Shown here one piece after another: positions 43,998 to 52,326 of a DNA stretch of 54,662 nucleotides; position 1 is the first letter of the stretch, and each line of letters opens with the position of its first letter. The notes below the pieces were generated by a model. It saw only the letters and a program-made list of their open reading frames with translations. It was not told where the DNA came from and did not search any database. This stretch comes from an uncultured Thermoleophilia bacterium (lineage in GTDB: Bacteria; Actinomycetota; Thermoleophilia; UBA2241), in NCBI GenBank assembly GCA_964545565.1, contig CAZJGT010000002.1, forward strand, positions 1 through 54,662, read 5' to 3'. Position numbers and translations under genes: made by a program.

Positions 43998-44582
43998 ATG
44001 GCCAAGCGCATCCTCGTCGTCGACGACGAGCCCGACATCCGGAGGCTCGTGGCCGAGGCGCTCAGCGTGACCGGTTACGACGCTCACACCGCGGCCGGCG
44101 GCGGCGAGGCCTTGCGCGTCGCGTCACTGTACTTGCCCGACCTCGTGCTGCTCGACATCATGATGCCGGACATGGACGGTTTCGCAGTGTACGAGAAGCT
44201 GCGCGAGAAGCCGGTAGGATTGTGCTCGCCGATCATCTTCCTGACGGCGCGGCGGGAGATCAACGATAAGCTTCTCGGCTTCGAGAAGGGTGCGGTGGAC
44301 TACATCACGAAGCCCTTCCACATCAAAGAGCTGCTGGCGCGCGTGAAGGTTCACCTGGGCGAACTCGGGCCACCGCCGAGCGACGCACCCAATCCCATGA
44401 CCCGCCGTGAGCTCGAGGTGCTGGGGCTCCTCGCCAGCGGCAAGACCTACAAGCAGGTGGCGAGGGCGCTCGACCTCAGCCAGAGCACGGTGCGCAACCA
44501 CCTCCACAACGTGTATCACAAGCTGAACGTCGTCGACCGCGCCCAGGCGGTCATCGTGAGCAAGGAGAACGGCTGGATCTAG
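43998..44582 (+). CDS. Response regulator, receiver + LuxR/FixJ-type HTH
   Basis: Listed ORF trimmed to ATG 43998 (MAKRILVVDDEPD...), 194 aa. The C-terminal region TRRELEVLGLLASGKTYKQVARALDLSQSTVRNH is a LuxR-type HTH. Confidence 0.9.
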   Translation: MAKRILVVDDEPDIRRLVAEALSVTGYDAHTAAGGGEALRVASLYLPDLVLLDIMMPDMDGFAVYEKLREKPVGLCSPIIFLTARREINDKLLGFEKGAVDYITKPFHIKELLARVKVHLGELGPPPSDAPNPMTRRELEVLGLLASGKTYKQVARALDLSQSTVRNHLHNVYHKLNVVDRAQAVIVSKENGWI

Positions 44583-44592
44583 GGGGCGGTCG

Positions 44593-44850
44593 TCAGGACG
44601 CCGAGAACGGCATGTCCGGCAGCGACCACTCCGGGCCCTCGGCGCGGCGGTCGCCGCGACGGCGCTCGGTGAAGGGACCGGATCCGCTGACCCAGCGCGG
44701 GCGGCGGCGCTCGCCGGTGCGCCGGTCGACGACGACGTGCACGTCTGTGCGTTCCGCGAACGTGGACGAGAGCCGTTCGTAGAAGAACCCTTCGAGTTGC
44801 CGCGGGATCACAATGACTCGCGGCTCGACGCTCTGCGTCGTCCCGGGCAT
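44593..44850 (-). CDS. Small Arg-rich hypothetical protein (85 aa)
   Basis: Listed ORF trimmed to ATG 44850 behind GAGGAGG. The N-terminal region VIVIPRQLEGFFYERL is followed by DRRTGERRR and ERRRGDRR repeats. Confidence 0.5.
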   Translation of the reverse strand: MPGTTQSVEPRVIVIPRQLEGFFYERLSSTFAERTDVHVVVDRRTGERRRPRWVSGSGPFTERRRGDRRAEGPEWSLPDMPFSAS

Positions 44851-44965
44851 GCCAGACCTCCTCAGACACCCATACGGTACCACTTGGGATGCCCAGACAT
44901 TCGCCGTTCGCGGGCACTTCTCCTTGGCCGAGCCTGAAGAGCGGCACACCGGCGTTGCCCGGGTT

Positions 44966-45006
44966 GGCGACGGGGCGGCGTTCGCGCCGCCGGCCGCCCC
45001 GTCGCC
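44966..45006 (-). terminator. Perfect 14-bp GC-rich hairpin immediately downstream of the MFS gene
   Basis: GGCGACGGGGCGGC (44966-44979) and GCCGCCCCGTCGCC (44993-45006), with a 13-nt loop. It starts 5 nt after the stop at 45012. No clear U-tract follows. Confidence 0.45.
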
Positions 45007-45011
45007 GACCG

Positions 45012-46721
45012 TCAGCCCCGGTCCATCCCGGAGGCCGCCTCAGAGCGTCCGCCCTCCGCAGCGGGCGTCGCCGGTATGCCTTCGTCCGGCGCCGGCTCGC
45101 CGTCCTCCGCCTCGCTCGCCGCGTCGACATGATTGCGGAGGAGGAGGGCGCAGAGGCCGCCGACGACGGCCAGGATCACGGCCACGACGAAGGTGCCGGC
45201 CATGGCGTCCGTGAACCAGCCCCTGAAGATGGTCTCCACCATCGTCTGCGCCGCGGCCGGCATCCCCCCGGCGTCTTTGGGGATGCTCAGCTGCATCGAC
45301 CCGCTCCCGGCGGCGTCGACGATCTGCCGCTTCACGGCGTCGGGGATGCCCTGCACCGCCTGGATGCCGTCGGTGACGGTCGCGGTCACCCGGTTCTGCA
45401 GCACGGCGCCCAGCACGGCGATGCCGAGCAGACTGCCCACCTGGCGCATCGTCGAGAGCACACCCGAGGCGTTGCCGACGCGGTCCCTGGGCGCCGTCGC
45501 CATCACCGCCGAGGTCACGGGAGCAACGGCCAGGCCGATGCCGATCCCGGAGATGACGAAGGGGGCTACGAGACTCGCGGGCGTCGTCGCCGCCGAGATC
45601 TTGGCGATGCCCGGGATGAGGCCGGCCATCCAGGCGAGGCCGCCGGCCAGCAGGAACATGCCGAGGGCCACGATCCACTTGCTCCCCAGCCGGTCGGAGA
45701 GCGAGCCGGCGAGCGGCGCTGCGAAGATGATGACCACCGACATCGGCGCCATCACAAGACCCGCCTTGATGGCGCTGTAGCCGAGCACCGACTGCAGGAA
45801 GATCGGGATGATGAAGAAGGCGCCCATCATCGCCGCGCTGAGCAGAAGGCCGGTCGCGTTGCCGGCGGCGAAGTTGAGGCTGCGGAAGAGCGAGAAGTCG
45901 ATGAGCGGCTGGCTCACGCGATGCTCGCGCCGGTAGAACAGCGCGAAGGCGACGGCGGCGCCCCCGAAGAGGCCGAGGATGGCGGCCGAGGTCCAGCCGT
46001 AGTTCTGACCCTCGACGAGGGCGAACGTCAGGCAGAACAGGGCGGCCGAGACGAGGCCGACGCCGGGGAGGTCGAGCGTCTCGACGGCGGTCGGATTCTT
46101 GCTCTCGGGTACGAGGCGCAGAGTGAGGAGCACGCCGATCACGCCGATGGGGATGTTGACGAGGAAGATCCACCGCCAGCTGTCGGCGGCCGCCGGCCAG
46201 GTGGCGTACTGGACGACGACTCCGCCCAGCGTCGGCCCGATCGCGGTGGCCAGGCCGGACACGCCGCCCCAGACGCCCATGGCGGCGCCGCGCTTCCCCG
46301 CGGGGAAGACGGCCGCGATGATGCTGAGCGTCGCCGGCATCATGGCGGCGCCGCCGATGCCCTGCAGCACACGGAAGGCGATGAGGGCGTAGATGGTCGG
46401 GGCGAGGCCGCAGGCCAGCGACCCGACGGTGAACAGCGCCATGCCCACCACGAAGAGCTTGCGCCTTCCCCAGAGGTCGCCGAAACGGCCGAGCGTCACC
46501 AGCAACACGGCGAACGCGAGGATATAGGCGTTCATGACCCACTCGATGTTGCTGAAGCTCGTGTCGTAGTACGACTGGATGTGCGGGATGGCGATGTTCA
46601 CGATCGTGCCGTCGAGCAGGATCATGAAGAGGCCGAGGCAGAGCACCGCGAGCACCATCCAGGGATCACGGGCGGTGCCGTCGGTGCGGGCTGTGGCCGG
46701 AGCCGTGGTCTGTGGGCTCAT
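45012..46721 (-). CDS. MFS transporter, DHA2 (EmrB/QacA-like, 14-TM) family
   Basis: Listed ORF trimmed to ATG 46721 (MSPQTTAPAT...), 569 aa. It has the LDGTIVNIALP-type motif and 14 hydrophobic segments. The start overlaps the MarR stop (ATGA). Confidence 0.9.
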   Translation of the reverse strand: MSPQTTAPATARTDGTARDPWMVLAVLCLGLFMILLDGTIVNIAIPHIQSYYDTSFSNIEWVMNAYILAFAVLLVTLGRFGDLWGRRKLFVVGMALFTVGSLACGLAPTIYALIAFRVLQGIGGAAMMPATLSIIAAVFPAGKRGAAMGVWGGVSGLATAIGPTLGGVVVQYATWPAAADSWRWIFLVNIPIGVIGVLLTLRLVPESKNPTAVETLDLPGVGLVSAALFCLTFALVEGQNYGWTSAAILGLFGGAAVAFALFYRREHRVSQPLIDFSLFRSLNFAAGNATGLLLSAAMMGAFFIIPIFLQSVLGYSAIKAGLVMAPMSVVIIFAAPLAGSLSDRLGSKWIVALGMFLLAGGLAWMAGLIPGIAKISAATTPASLVAPFVISGIGIGLAVAPVTSAVMATAPRDRVGNASGVLSTMRQVGSLLGIAVLGAVLQNRVTATVTDGIQAVQGIPDAVKRQIVDAAGSGSMQLSIPKDAGGMPAAAQTMVETIFRGWFTDAMAGTFVVAVILAVVGGLCALLLRNHVDAASEAEDGEPAPDEGIPATPAAEGGRSEAASGMDRG

Positions 46722-47197
46722 GTGGCGGACCGTCCTTTCAGGTGGTCGATGAGCGCGCCGAGAAAGGCGACGAGCGTGTCGGGGTCGATGCCGGGGAAGC
46801 GCGCGAAGACGGCGTCGAGGTGCCGGCGCCACTCGTCGTGCGTCTCGTCCGCGTAGCGCTCCGCGCGACCGGCGAGCCGCACGTACACGACGCGCCGATC
46901 GCCGCCGTCCTCCTCGCGACGGACGACGCCCTTCTGGGTGAGTCGCGTCACGAGCTCGCTGGCCGCGGCGCGCGAGATCTCGAGGCCGGCGGCGAACTCA
47001 CCCATGGTCACACGCCGGTAGTGGGAGAGGTATACCACGGCCTCCATCTGGCGGCCCGTCAGCGGCTCCGTGACCTCGTGCCGCGTCGCGCCCTGGTGGT
47101 GGGGCGCGGATTCGTAGAGCGCGAGCGCGAGCTCGGGGAGCAATCTCGCCAGCTCGCTGGTGACGTCGTGGGGCGAAGTGTGTGGACGGGCAGACAT
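46718..47197 (-). CDS. MarR-family transcriptional regulator
   Basis: 159-aa ORF with a winged-helix core (...MGEFAAGLEISRAAASELVTRLTQKGVVRREEDGGDRRVVYV). Confidence 0.9.
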   Translation of the reverse strand: MSARPHTSPHDVTSELARLLPELALALYESAPHHQGATRHEVTEPLTGRQMEAVVYLSHYRRVTMGEFAAGLEISRAAASELVTRLTQKGVVRREEDGGDRRVVYVRLAGRAERYADETHDEWRRHLDAVFARFPGIDPDTLVAFLGALIDHLKGRSAT

Positions 47198-47216
47198 TTC
47201 GGGACCCGAAGTATAT
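47198..47216. promoter_or_regulatory. Palindrome TTCGGGaCCCGAA abutting the MarR start codon, plus adjacent AT-rich hexamer (candidate MarR operator and -10)
   Basis: A 13-bp perfect palindrome at 47198-47210, directly upstream of ATG 47197 on the minus strand. TATACT (minus strand, 47215-47210) lies 12 nt before the ATG. Confidence 0.4.
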
Positions 47217-47274
47217 GGGCGCCGAGGGATCGTGTCGAGCGGGCGCGCGCGGCCGGCGTTACACTGGGCCGCGC

Positions 47275-47991
47275 GTGCTCCCCCTTCACGACGACATCCG
47301 CATCCGCCGCGTCCCGGTGGTCACGCCGGCGCTCATCGCCGCCAACGTCGCCGTCTTCGTCGTCCAGTTCGCGCTGCCACGCTGGGGCATCACGCTGGAG
47401 CATTGGTACTACCTGCTGGGCGCGCGGCCTTGGGAGCTCACGCATCGTGCGGACGTGCCGCCCTTCGGCTGGCTCCCGTGGTGGGCGACGCTGTTCACGT
47501 CGCTGTTCGTGCACGGCGGCTGGCTCCACCTGCTCTTCAATATGCTGTATCTCTGGATCTTCGGCAGCAGGGTGGAGGACGTGATGACGAGGGCGCGGTT
47601 CGTCGCGTTCTATGTCGTCTGCGGGATGCTGGCGACGGCGGCGCAGGTCCTGGTGGCTCCGCACAGCGACGTGCCGCTCATCGGCGCCAGCGGGGCCGTC
47701 GCCGGCGTGCTGGGCGCCTACCTCGTGCTGTTCCCCCGCGCCCGCGTGCTGACCGTGGTGCCGCTCATCGTCGTGTTCCCCGTCTTCGAGGTGCCGGCCT
47801 GGATCTTCCTCGCCCTGTGGTTCGCGCTCCAGGCCATGGGCGGCGCCCGCTCGTTCGGAGTGGAGGCCGGGGTCGCCTTCTTCGCTCACCTCGGCGGGTT
47901 CGTCGCCGGCCTGCTCCTCGCGCTGGTCTTCGCCCGCCGCCGCACCGCGCCTCCGCGGCGCCCGACCGCGCGACCGCGGCGCCGGGTGTAA
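47275..47991 (+). CDS. Rhomboid-family intramembrane serine protease
   Basis: Listed ORF 47182..47991. I prefer GTG 47275, though ATG 47215 is also possible. Motifs: HGGWLHLLFNM, catalytic GASGAV, and AHLGGF. Confidence 0.8.
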   Translation: MLPLHDDIRIRRVPVVTPALIAANVAVFVVQFALPRWGITLEHWYYLLGARPWELTHRADVPPFGWLPWWATLFTSLFVHGGWLHLLFNMLYLWIFGSRVEDVMTRARFVAFYVVCGMLATAAQVLVAPHSDVPLIGASGAVAGVLGAYLVLFPRARVLTVVPLIVVFPVFEVPAWIFLALWFALQAMGGARSFGVEAGVAFFAHLGGFVAGLLLALVFARRRTAPPRRPTARPRRRV

Positions 47992-48041
47992 GCTTGCCCG
48001 CACGGGGGCCCGTACCGACCGTTCGCGGCCACCGGCTCGCC

Positions 48042-48857
48042 ATGATCGCCGACTATCACATCCACACGCGCCTGTGCCGTCACGCGGAGGGTGAGCCACG
48101 TGAGTACGTCGAGCGCGCGATCGAGCTCGGCATGACGGAGATGGGTTTCGCCGACCATCTGCCCTTCCTGGGCGGGTGGCAGCCACGGCACGACCTCGCC
48201 GACGACTGGGCCATGGGCCTCGACGAGCTGGACGACTACGTCTCCCTCGTCCGGGGGCTTGCCCGGGAGTACGCCCGCGACGTGCGAATCCTCCTGGGCA
48301 TCGAGGCCGACTTCATCCCCGAGACGATCGACGACACCGCCGCCGTGCTCGGCGAGTATCCCTTCGAGTACGTGATCGGCTCCGTGCACATCGTCGGCGA
48401 CCGCTTCGGCTTCGACCATCCGGAGATGGAGAGCCGACTGGCCGCGTACGGCCTCGATCGCCTCTACCTCGAGAGCCTGGACCTCGCGAGGCAGGCCGCC
48501 GAGAGCGGGCTCTTCGATATCGCCGGCCATCTGGACCACGCGAAGAAGTTCGTCGGCCGGCCGGACGACGACGACGCGGTGGCGGCCGCCGCGTCCGCGG
48601 CGCTGCGCGCCGTGGCGGCGGCCGACATGGCCGTCGAGCTCAACACCGGCGGCCTGCGCAAGAAGGCGGCCGAGGCGTTCCCCGGGCCGGCGCTTCTGGC
48701 CGAGGCCGGCGCGCTCGGCATCCCGCTCGTCCTCGGCTCGGACGCACACCGGCCCGGTGACGTGGGCCATGCGTTCGCGTCTGCCGTGGAGTCCGCTCGT
48801 GAGGCCGGATATGCCGCGGTGCTCCGGCTCTCCACGGGCGTGCAGGAGGCAGTGTGA
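48042..48857 (+). CDS. Histidinol-phosphatase, PHP (HisJ/HisK) family
   Basis: Listed ORF 47160..48857 trimmed to ATG 48042 (MIADYHIHTRLCRHAEG...), 271 aa. Confidence 0.85.
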   Translation: MIADYHIHTRLCRHAEGEPREYVERAIELGMTEMGFADHLPFLGGWQPRHDLADDWAMGLDELDDYVSLVRGLAREYARDVRILLGIEADFIPETIDDTAAVLGEYPFEYVIGSVHIVGDRFGFDHPEMESRLAAYGLDRLYLESLDLARQAAESGLFDIAGHLDHAKKFVGRPDDDDAVAAAASAALRAVAAADMAVELNTGGLRKKAAEAFPGPALLAEAGALGIPLVLGSDAHRPGDVGHAFASAVESAREAGYAAVLRLSTGVQEAV

Positions 48858-49747
48858 TGAGCGCGTCTCGCCGCCGTCTCGCCGCTATCGTCAATCCCCA
48901 CTCGGCCGGTGGAGGCTACCGGCGCGACATGCCGCTGATCTTCGAGGCGCTTCGCGGCCTCGGTTACACCGTGGAAGAGCTCGAGACGGCCGGGCCCGGG
49001 GACGCGACGCGGCTGGCGCGCGAGGCGGTCGCCGCCGGGTTCGACCGCGTGTGCGCCATCGGCGGCGACGGCACCGTCAACGAGACGATCAACGGCCTCG
49101 CGGGCAGCGAGACGCCGCTCGCCATCATCCCGACCGGCACGGTGAACATCCTCGCCATGGAGCTCGGCATCCCGCTGGAGCCGCCGGACGCGGTGCGGCT
49201 GCTCGCCACCGGCACGGTGTCGTGGATCGATCTCGGCCTCGCGGGCGATCGCTACTTCGCGCTCATGGCCGGCGTCGGCATGGACGCCGCCGTCGTCGCC
49301 GCGCTCAATCCGATGATGAAGAAGGCGCTCAAGGAGGCCGCCTTCGCCGTGCAGGGGGTGGCCACCTATCTCACCCACGAGGACCCGCTGATCCGCGTCT
49401 CGAGTGACGAGCGCAGCGTCGACGGCTACTTCGCGGTCTTCGGCAACTCCTCGAACTACGGAGGAGCCTTCGGGATCACGCCGTTGGCCGACATGCGCGA
49501 CGGCCTGCTCGATGTGTGTGTGCTCAAGGACAAGTCGTTCGTGAGCACGGTCTGGTACTGGACCGCCGCGCTGATCAACGCCCACATCAAGCACCCGAAG
49601 GTGGAGTACTTCCACACGGAGCGTGCGTCCATCGCCGCCGTGGAGCAGGGCAAGGAAGTGCTCGTCCAGACCGATGGAGAGGTCGCCGGCAAGCTGCCGA
49701 TGGAATGCCGCGTGGTACCCCGCGCCCTGCGTGTGGTCGTGCCCTGA
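48857..49747 (+). CDS. Diacylglycerol-kinase-family lipid kinase (YegS/BmrU-like)
   Basis: The ATG overlaps the upstream TGA, and GTG 48854 is in the same frame. GGDGT motif. Confidence 0.85.
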   Translation: MSASRRRLAAIVNPHSAGGGYRRDMPLIFEALRGLGYTVEELETAGPGDATRLAREAVAAGFDRVCAIGGDGTVNETINGLAGSETPLAIIPTGTVNILAMELGIPLEPPDAVRLLATGTVSWIDLGLAGDRYFALMAGVGMDAAVVAALNPMMKKALKEAAFAVQGVATYLTHEDPLIRVSSDERSVDGYFAVFGNSSNYGGAFGITPLADMRDGLLDVCVLKDKSFVSTVWYWTAALINAHIKHPKVEYFHTERASIAAVEQGKEVLVQTDGEVAGKLPMECRVVPRALRVVVP

Positions 49748-49773
49748 CTGGCCCGCGGCCGGTCGCCTGGCGC

Positions 49774-49793
49774 GGGCCCGCGGCTGCGGGCCC
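49774..49793. terminator. 8-bp GC hairpin with tetraloop between convergent genes
   Basis: GGGCCCGC-ggct-GCGGGCCC, flanked by a second weaker stem (49751-49777). Confidence 0.4.
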
Positions 49794-49804
49794 GCGAGGC
49801 CGGG

Positions 49805-50398
49805 TCAGAGGCCCATCACCTGCGCCAGGGCGCGCAAGCGATCGAGGTAGTCCTTGCGCGCCTTCGCGTCGCGCGTGCGCAGGTCGGCCGGCGTCGCCAC
49901 CGGCACGACCTTGAACGACGGGTTGTCGAAGAGCCGCAGCTCGAGCGAGTCGTCGGGCTCGTAGGGCGGGCTCTTGAAGAGCTTGCCGAGCAGGAACCGC
50001 GTGGTGTCCTCGCCGACGGTGAGCACGTAGTGCGGCGTGGTGATCGTCAGTTCCCGGGAGAGGTACGGGTAACAGGCCTTGAGCTCGTCGGCCGTGGGGC
50101 CGCGCCCGGCGGAGCCGCTGCGCGGCACGCACTTGACGAGCGTGGTCGTGTACACCTGGTCGCGGCTGGTGGTGAGCGCCGGCATGGATTCTGCGAGCTC
50201 CTCGAGGATCGCGGCGCCGGCCACTCCCCCTGCTGCTTCGTCGGCCGGAGTCGGCGCGAGCGAGACGAGCATCACCGAGCAGTGCGGGTGCCCGCCGCCG
50301 GGTACGGCGCGGAGCCGGCTCGCCACGAGATCGTCGCAGCGGGTGCAGTCGCCGACGCTCCGCGCCAGACTATCGAGCTGTTCGACCGCGTCTTCCAT
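49805..50398 (-). CDS. Uracil-DNA glycosylase superfamily protein (family 4/5-like, Cys-rich) with atypical active-site motifs
   Basis: Listed ORF trimmed to ATG 50398 behind AAGGAG, 197 aa. CTRC plus further Cys fit an Fe-S UDG pattern. Motif A reads SLAPTPADE, and the motif B position reads VATP rather than H-P. Confidence 0.65.
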   Translation of the reverse strand: MEDAVEQLDSLARSVGDCTRCDDLVASRLRAVPGGGHPHCSVMLVSLAPTPADEAAGGVAGAAILEELAESMPALTTSRDQVYTTTLVKCVPRSGSAGRGPTADELKACYPYLSRELTITTPHYVLTVGEDTTRFLLGKLFKSPPYEPDDSLELRLFDNPSFKVVPVATPADLRTRDAKARKDYLDRLRALAQVMGL

Positions 50399-50442
50399 GG
50401 GTGTCTCCTTGGTCGGTCCGGCCGGTCGCGCCGGCCGGGCGG

Positions 50443-50784
50443 TCAGGCGCCTGGCCTGGTGAGGCGATACTCGCAGGCGAGGGCGCTGGGCAGACCTGCG
50501 AGCACGAGCATGAGCTCGCCGCCGAAGGGGGCGAGCACCACGTTGAGCCCGTCGAACTCGACGGAGATGTACTTCGCCTCCGGTTGGTCGAGCTCGGCGG
50601 CGAGGCGGGCGCCGATGTCGATCACGCCGGCCACCTGGGCGGCCACGGCGTCCGCCCCGAAGTCGGCGTCGGCATCGGCCGCCACGACGAAGCCGTCGCG
50701 GGAGATGAGCAACGCCGCGACGATCCCGGGTGTCTCCCGGTAGGGAGCGAGCTGGGCGGCGAGGATATCGGCCTGGTCGGTCAT
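50443..50784 (-). CDS. Roadblock/LC7 (MglB-like) domain protein
   Basis: 113-aa ORF with the family-typical GIVAALLISRDGFVVA. The start overlaps the upstream stop (ATGA). Confidence 0.75.
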   Translation of the reverse strand: MTDQADILAAQLAPYRETPGIVAALLISRDGFVVAADADADFGADAVAAQVAGVIDIGARLAAELDQPEAKYISVEFDGLNVVLAPFGGELMLVLAGLPSALACEYRLTRPGA

Positions 50785-51080
50785 GACGCCTCCAAGGCGG
50801 TCTCGAGTTGGGTGCGCACGGCGGCGGCGAACGCTTCGGCGTCGGTCTCGGCGGTGAAGGTGCGCGTGAGCCCGTCACGTCTGCCGGCCAGTTCGCTGAG
50901 GAACATGCCGGCGCGGGGGAGAGGAGATCCGTCGGCATCGGGCAGAGCGCCATCGAGCGGCAACTGGATCAGCGTGTCACCGCTCACGAACAGCCTGTTG
51001 GTCTCGCGCCCCGTGAGTCGCACCTGGACCTGGACGGTCACGCCTCCGGATACCCGCTGGCTGGTGATGTCGATCTCCAC
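50781..51080 (-). CDS. Hypothetical 99-aa protein, translationally coupled to the Roadblock gene
   Basis: ORF with a GTG start and no clear SD; an alternative GTG lies at 51041. Third-position G+C is high. I recognise no family. Confidence 0.45.
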   Translation of the reverse strand: MEIDITSQRVSGGVTVQVQVRLTGRETNRLFVSGDTLIQLPLDGALPDADGSPLPRAGMFLSELAGRRDGLTRTFTAETDAEAFAAAVRTQLETALEAS

Positions 51081-51141
51081 ACGCGAAGCCTAGCGAGGCG
51101 CATGTGGAGTGGCAAGACGCGGGCCGTGCGGACCCGCCCGA

Positions 51142-52137
51142 TCACTGGGCCGCGGCGAGGGGGACGACGCTCCCGACAACCGCCGTCGGCGCGGCGGCCG
51201 GCAGGGCCTCGTCACGGGCGGCTGCGAGGAGGTCGTCGATGGCGCGTACGGTCGGGAACGAGGAGGCGCCGGTCGCGAGCGTCTGCCGGCGCCCGGCGAT
51301 GAGGCCGCCGCCGACTTCGTGGGCGAGGTCGGCGGCGGCCTGGCGTGCCTCGCCGAGCGACAGGCCGGGGAGGACGAGCACCAGGCTGTCGGGGCCCACG
51401 CGGAAGGCGCGCCCGTCGGGGGAGAGCCGCCGTTCCGCGCGCCGCGCTACGCTGCGGACCAGGTCCTCACTGCCGTCCGCGCCGAGGAAGTTGCGGCTGT
51501 CCTCGTAGTGATCGAGGCGCACGAAGACGACGCTGAGCGGCCGGTGCTCCTCGAGGGCCGTCGCCGCGTGGCTCTCGAGGAAGGGCGTGAGGCAGGCGGC
51601 GGTCGAGAGCCCCGTGCTGACGTCGAACCTGGGCGTGTGCGCGGGCCGGCGCTGCCCGGCGGGGCGCCGGTGCAGTCTCGTCGCCGCGACGCAGCCGCCG
51701 CCGACGAGCACGGCGACCTTGGCGACGCCGCCGAGGCGGCTTCCGCCCAGCGATGGGTCGGCGATCGCGAGGACGACGAGCAGCGAGAGCGATGGTCCGA
51801 CGAGGTAGAGCCACTCGTCGCGGGGGGCTCCGGCGAGCTGGCCCATCGCGAGCAGAGGCACGGCGCCGAGCAGCCAGCTCCCGGCGCCGCCCGAGAAGAC
51901 CAGCGCCAGACCGAGAAGCAGCCAATCGAGGACGACGAAGGTGTGAGCGAGCTCGGCCGGGCGCCTGCGGGCCACCATGGCCGAGCAGACGCCGAGGAGC
52001 GCACCGGCGATCGCCGGTGCGGCCGCGGCGCGCAGCCCGAGCACCACGGCGAGCGCGGCCAGCAGCAGGAAGAAGAGGGTCCGGTAGCGTGCTCGCAGGA
52101 GCGCCGGGTTGCGGCGACCGCGAGAAGGACGGCTCAC
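51142..52137 (-). CDS. Polytopic membrane protein with degenerate GGDEF-like C-terminal domain
   Basis: 331-aa ORF with a GTG start and about 5 TM helices. The domain is collinear with GGDEF (VVFVRLDHYEDSRNFLG...), but the active site reads RVGPDSLVLVLPG in place of GGDEF. Confidence 0.6.
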   Translation of the reverse strand: MSRPSRGRRNPALLRARYRTLFFLLLAALAVVLGLRAAAAPAIAGALLGVCSAMVARRRPAELAHTFVVLDWLLLGLALVFSGGAGSWLLGAVPLLAMGQLAGAPRDEWLYLVGPSLSLLVVLAIADPSLGGSRLGGVAKVAVLVGGGCVAATRLHRRPAGQRRPAHTPRFDVSTGLSTAACLTPFLESHAATALEEHRPLSVVFVRLDHYEDSRNFLGADGSEDLVRSVARRAERRLSPDGRAFRVGPDSLVLVLPGLSLGEARQAAADLAHEVGGGLIAGRRQTLATGASSFPTVRAIDDLLAAARDEALPAAAPTAVVGSVVPLAAAQ

Positions 52138-52311
52138 GTGAAGGCCGTCCGCGTCATGCGAGGCGTGAAGGATGCGCGCTTCATGCCGTGGGTATTCTGA
52201 CAGGGTCCGGGGAATCCTTCAAGGTCAAGTCAAGGGTTCGAGTTCGTGAGGAGCGCGCGAGGACCGGGGTAGGGCCGACGTCGCGAGGCTGGCGTCCATT
52301 TTCGCCTCGGC

Positions 52312-52317
52312 TATAAT
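52312..52317 (+). promoter_or_regulatory. Perfect TATAAT -10 hexamer, 9 nt upstream of the IorA GTG (leaderless or near-leaderless)
   Basis: The only consensus TATAAT I saw in an intergenic region of this GC-rich window. No SD lies between it and GTG 52327. Confidence 0.35.
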
Positions 52318-52326
52318 CGGTCTCCC

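Noticed and set aside
44889-46856. 655-aa plus-strand ORF, and the 500-aa minus-strand ORF 45040..46542
   Set aside because: Both are shadow frames of the 14-TM DHA2 MFS gene (45012..46721). Their compositions are dominated by Arg/Gly/Asp/His or Arg/Pro, and they have no motifs.
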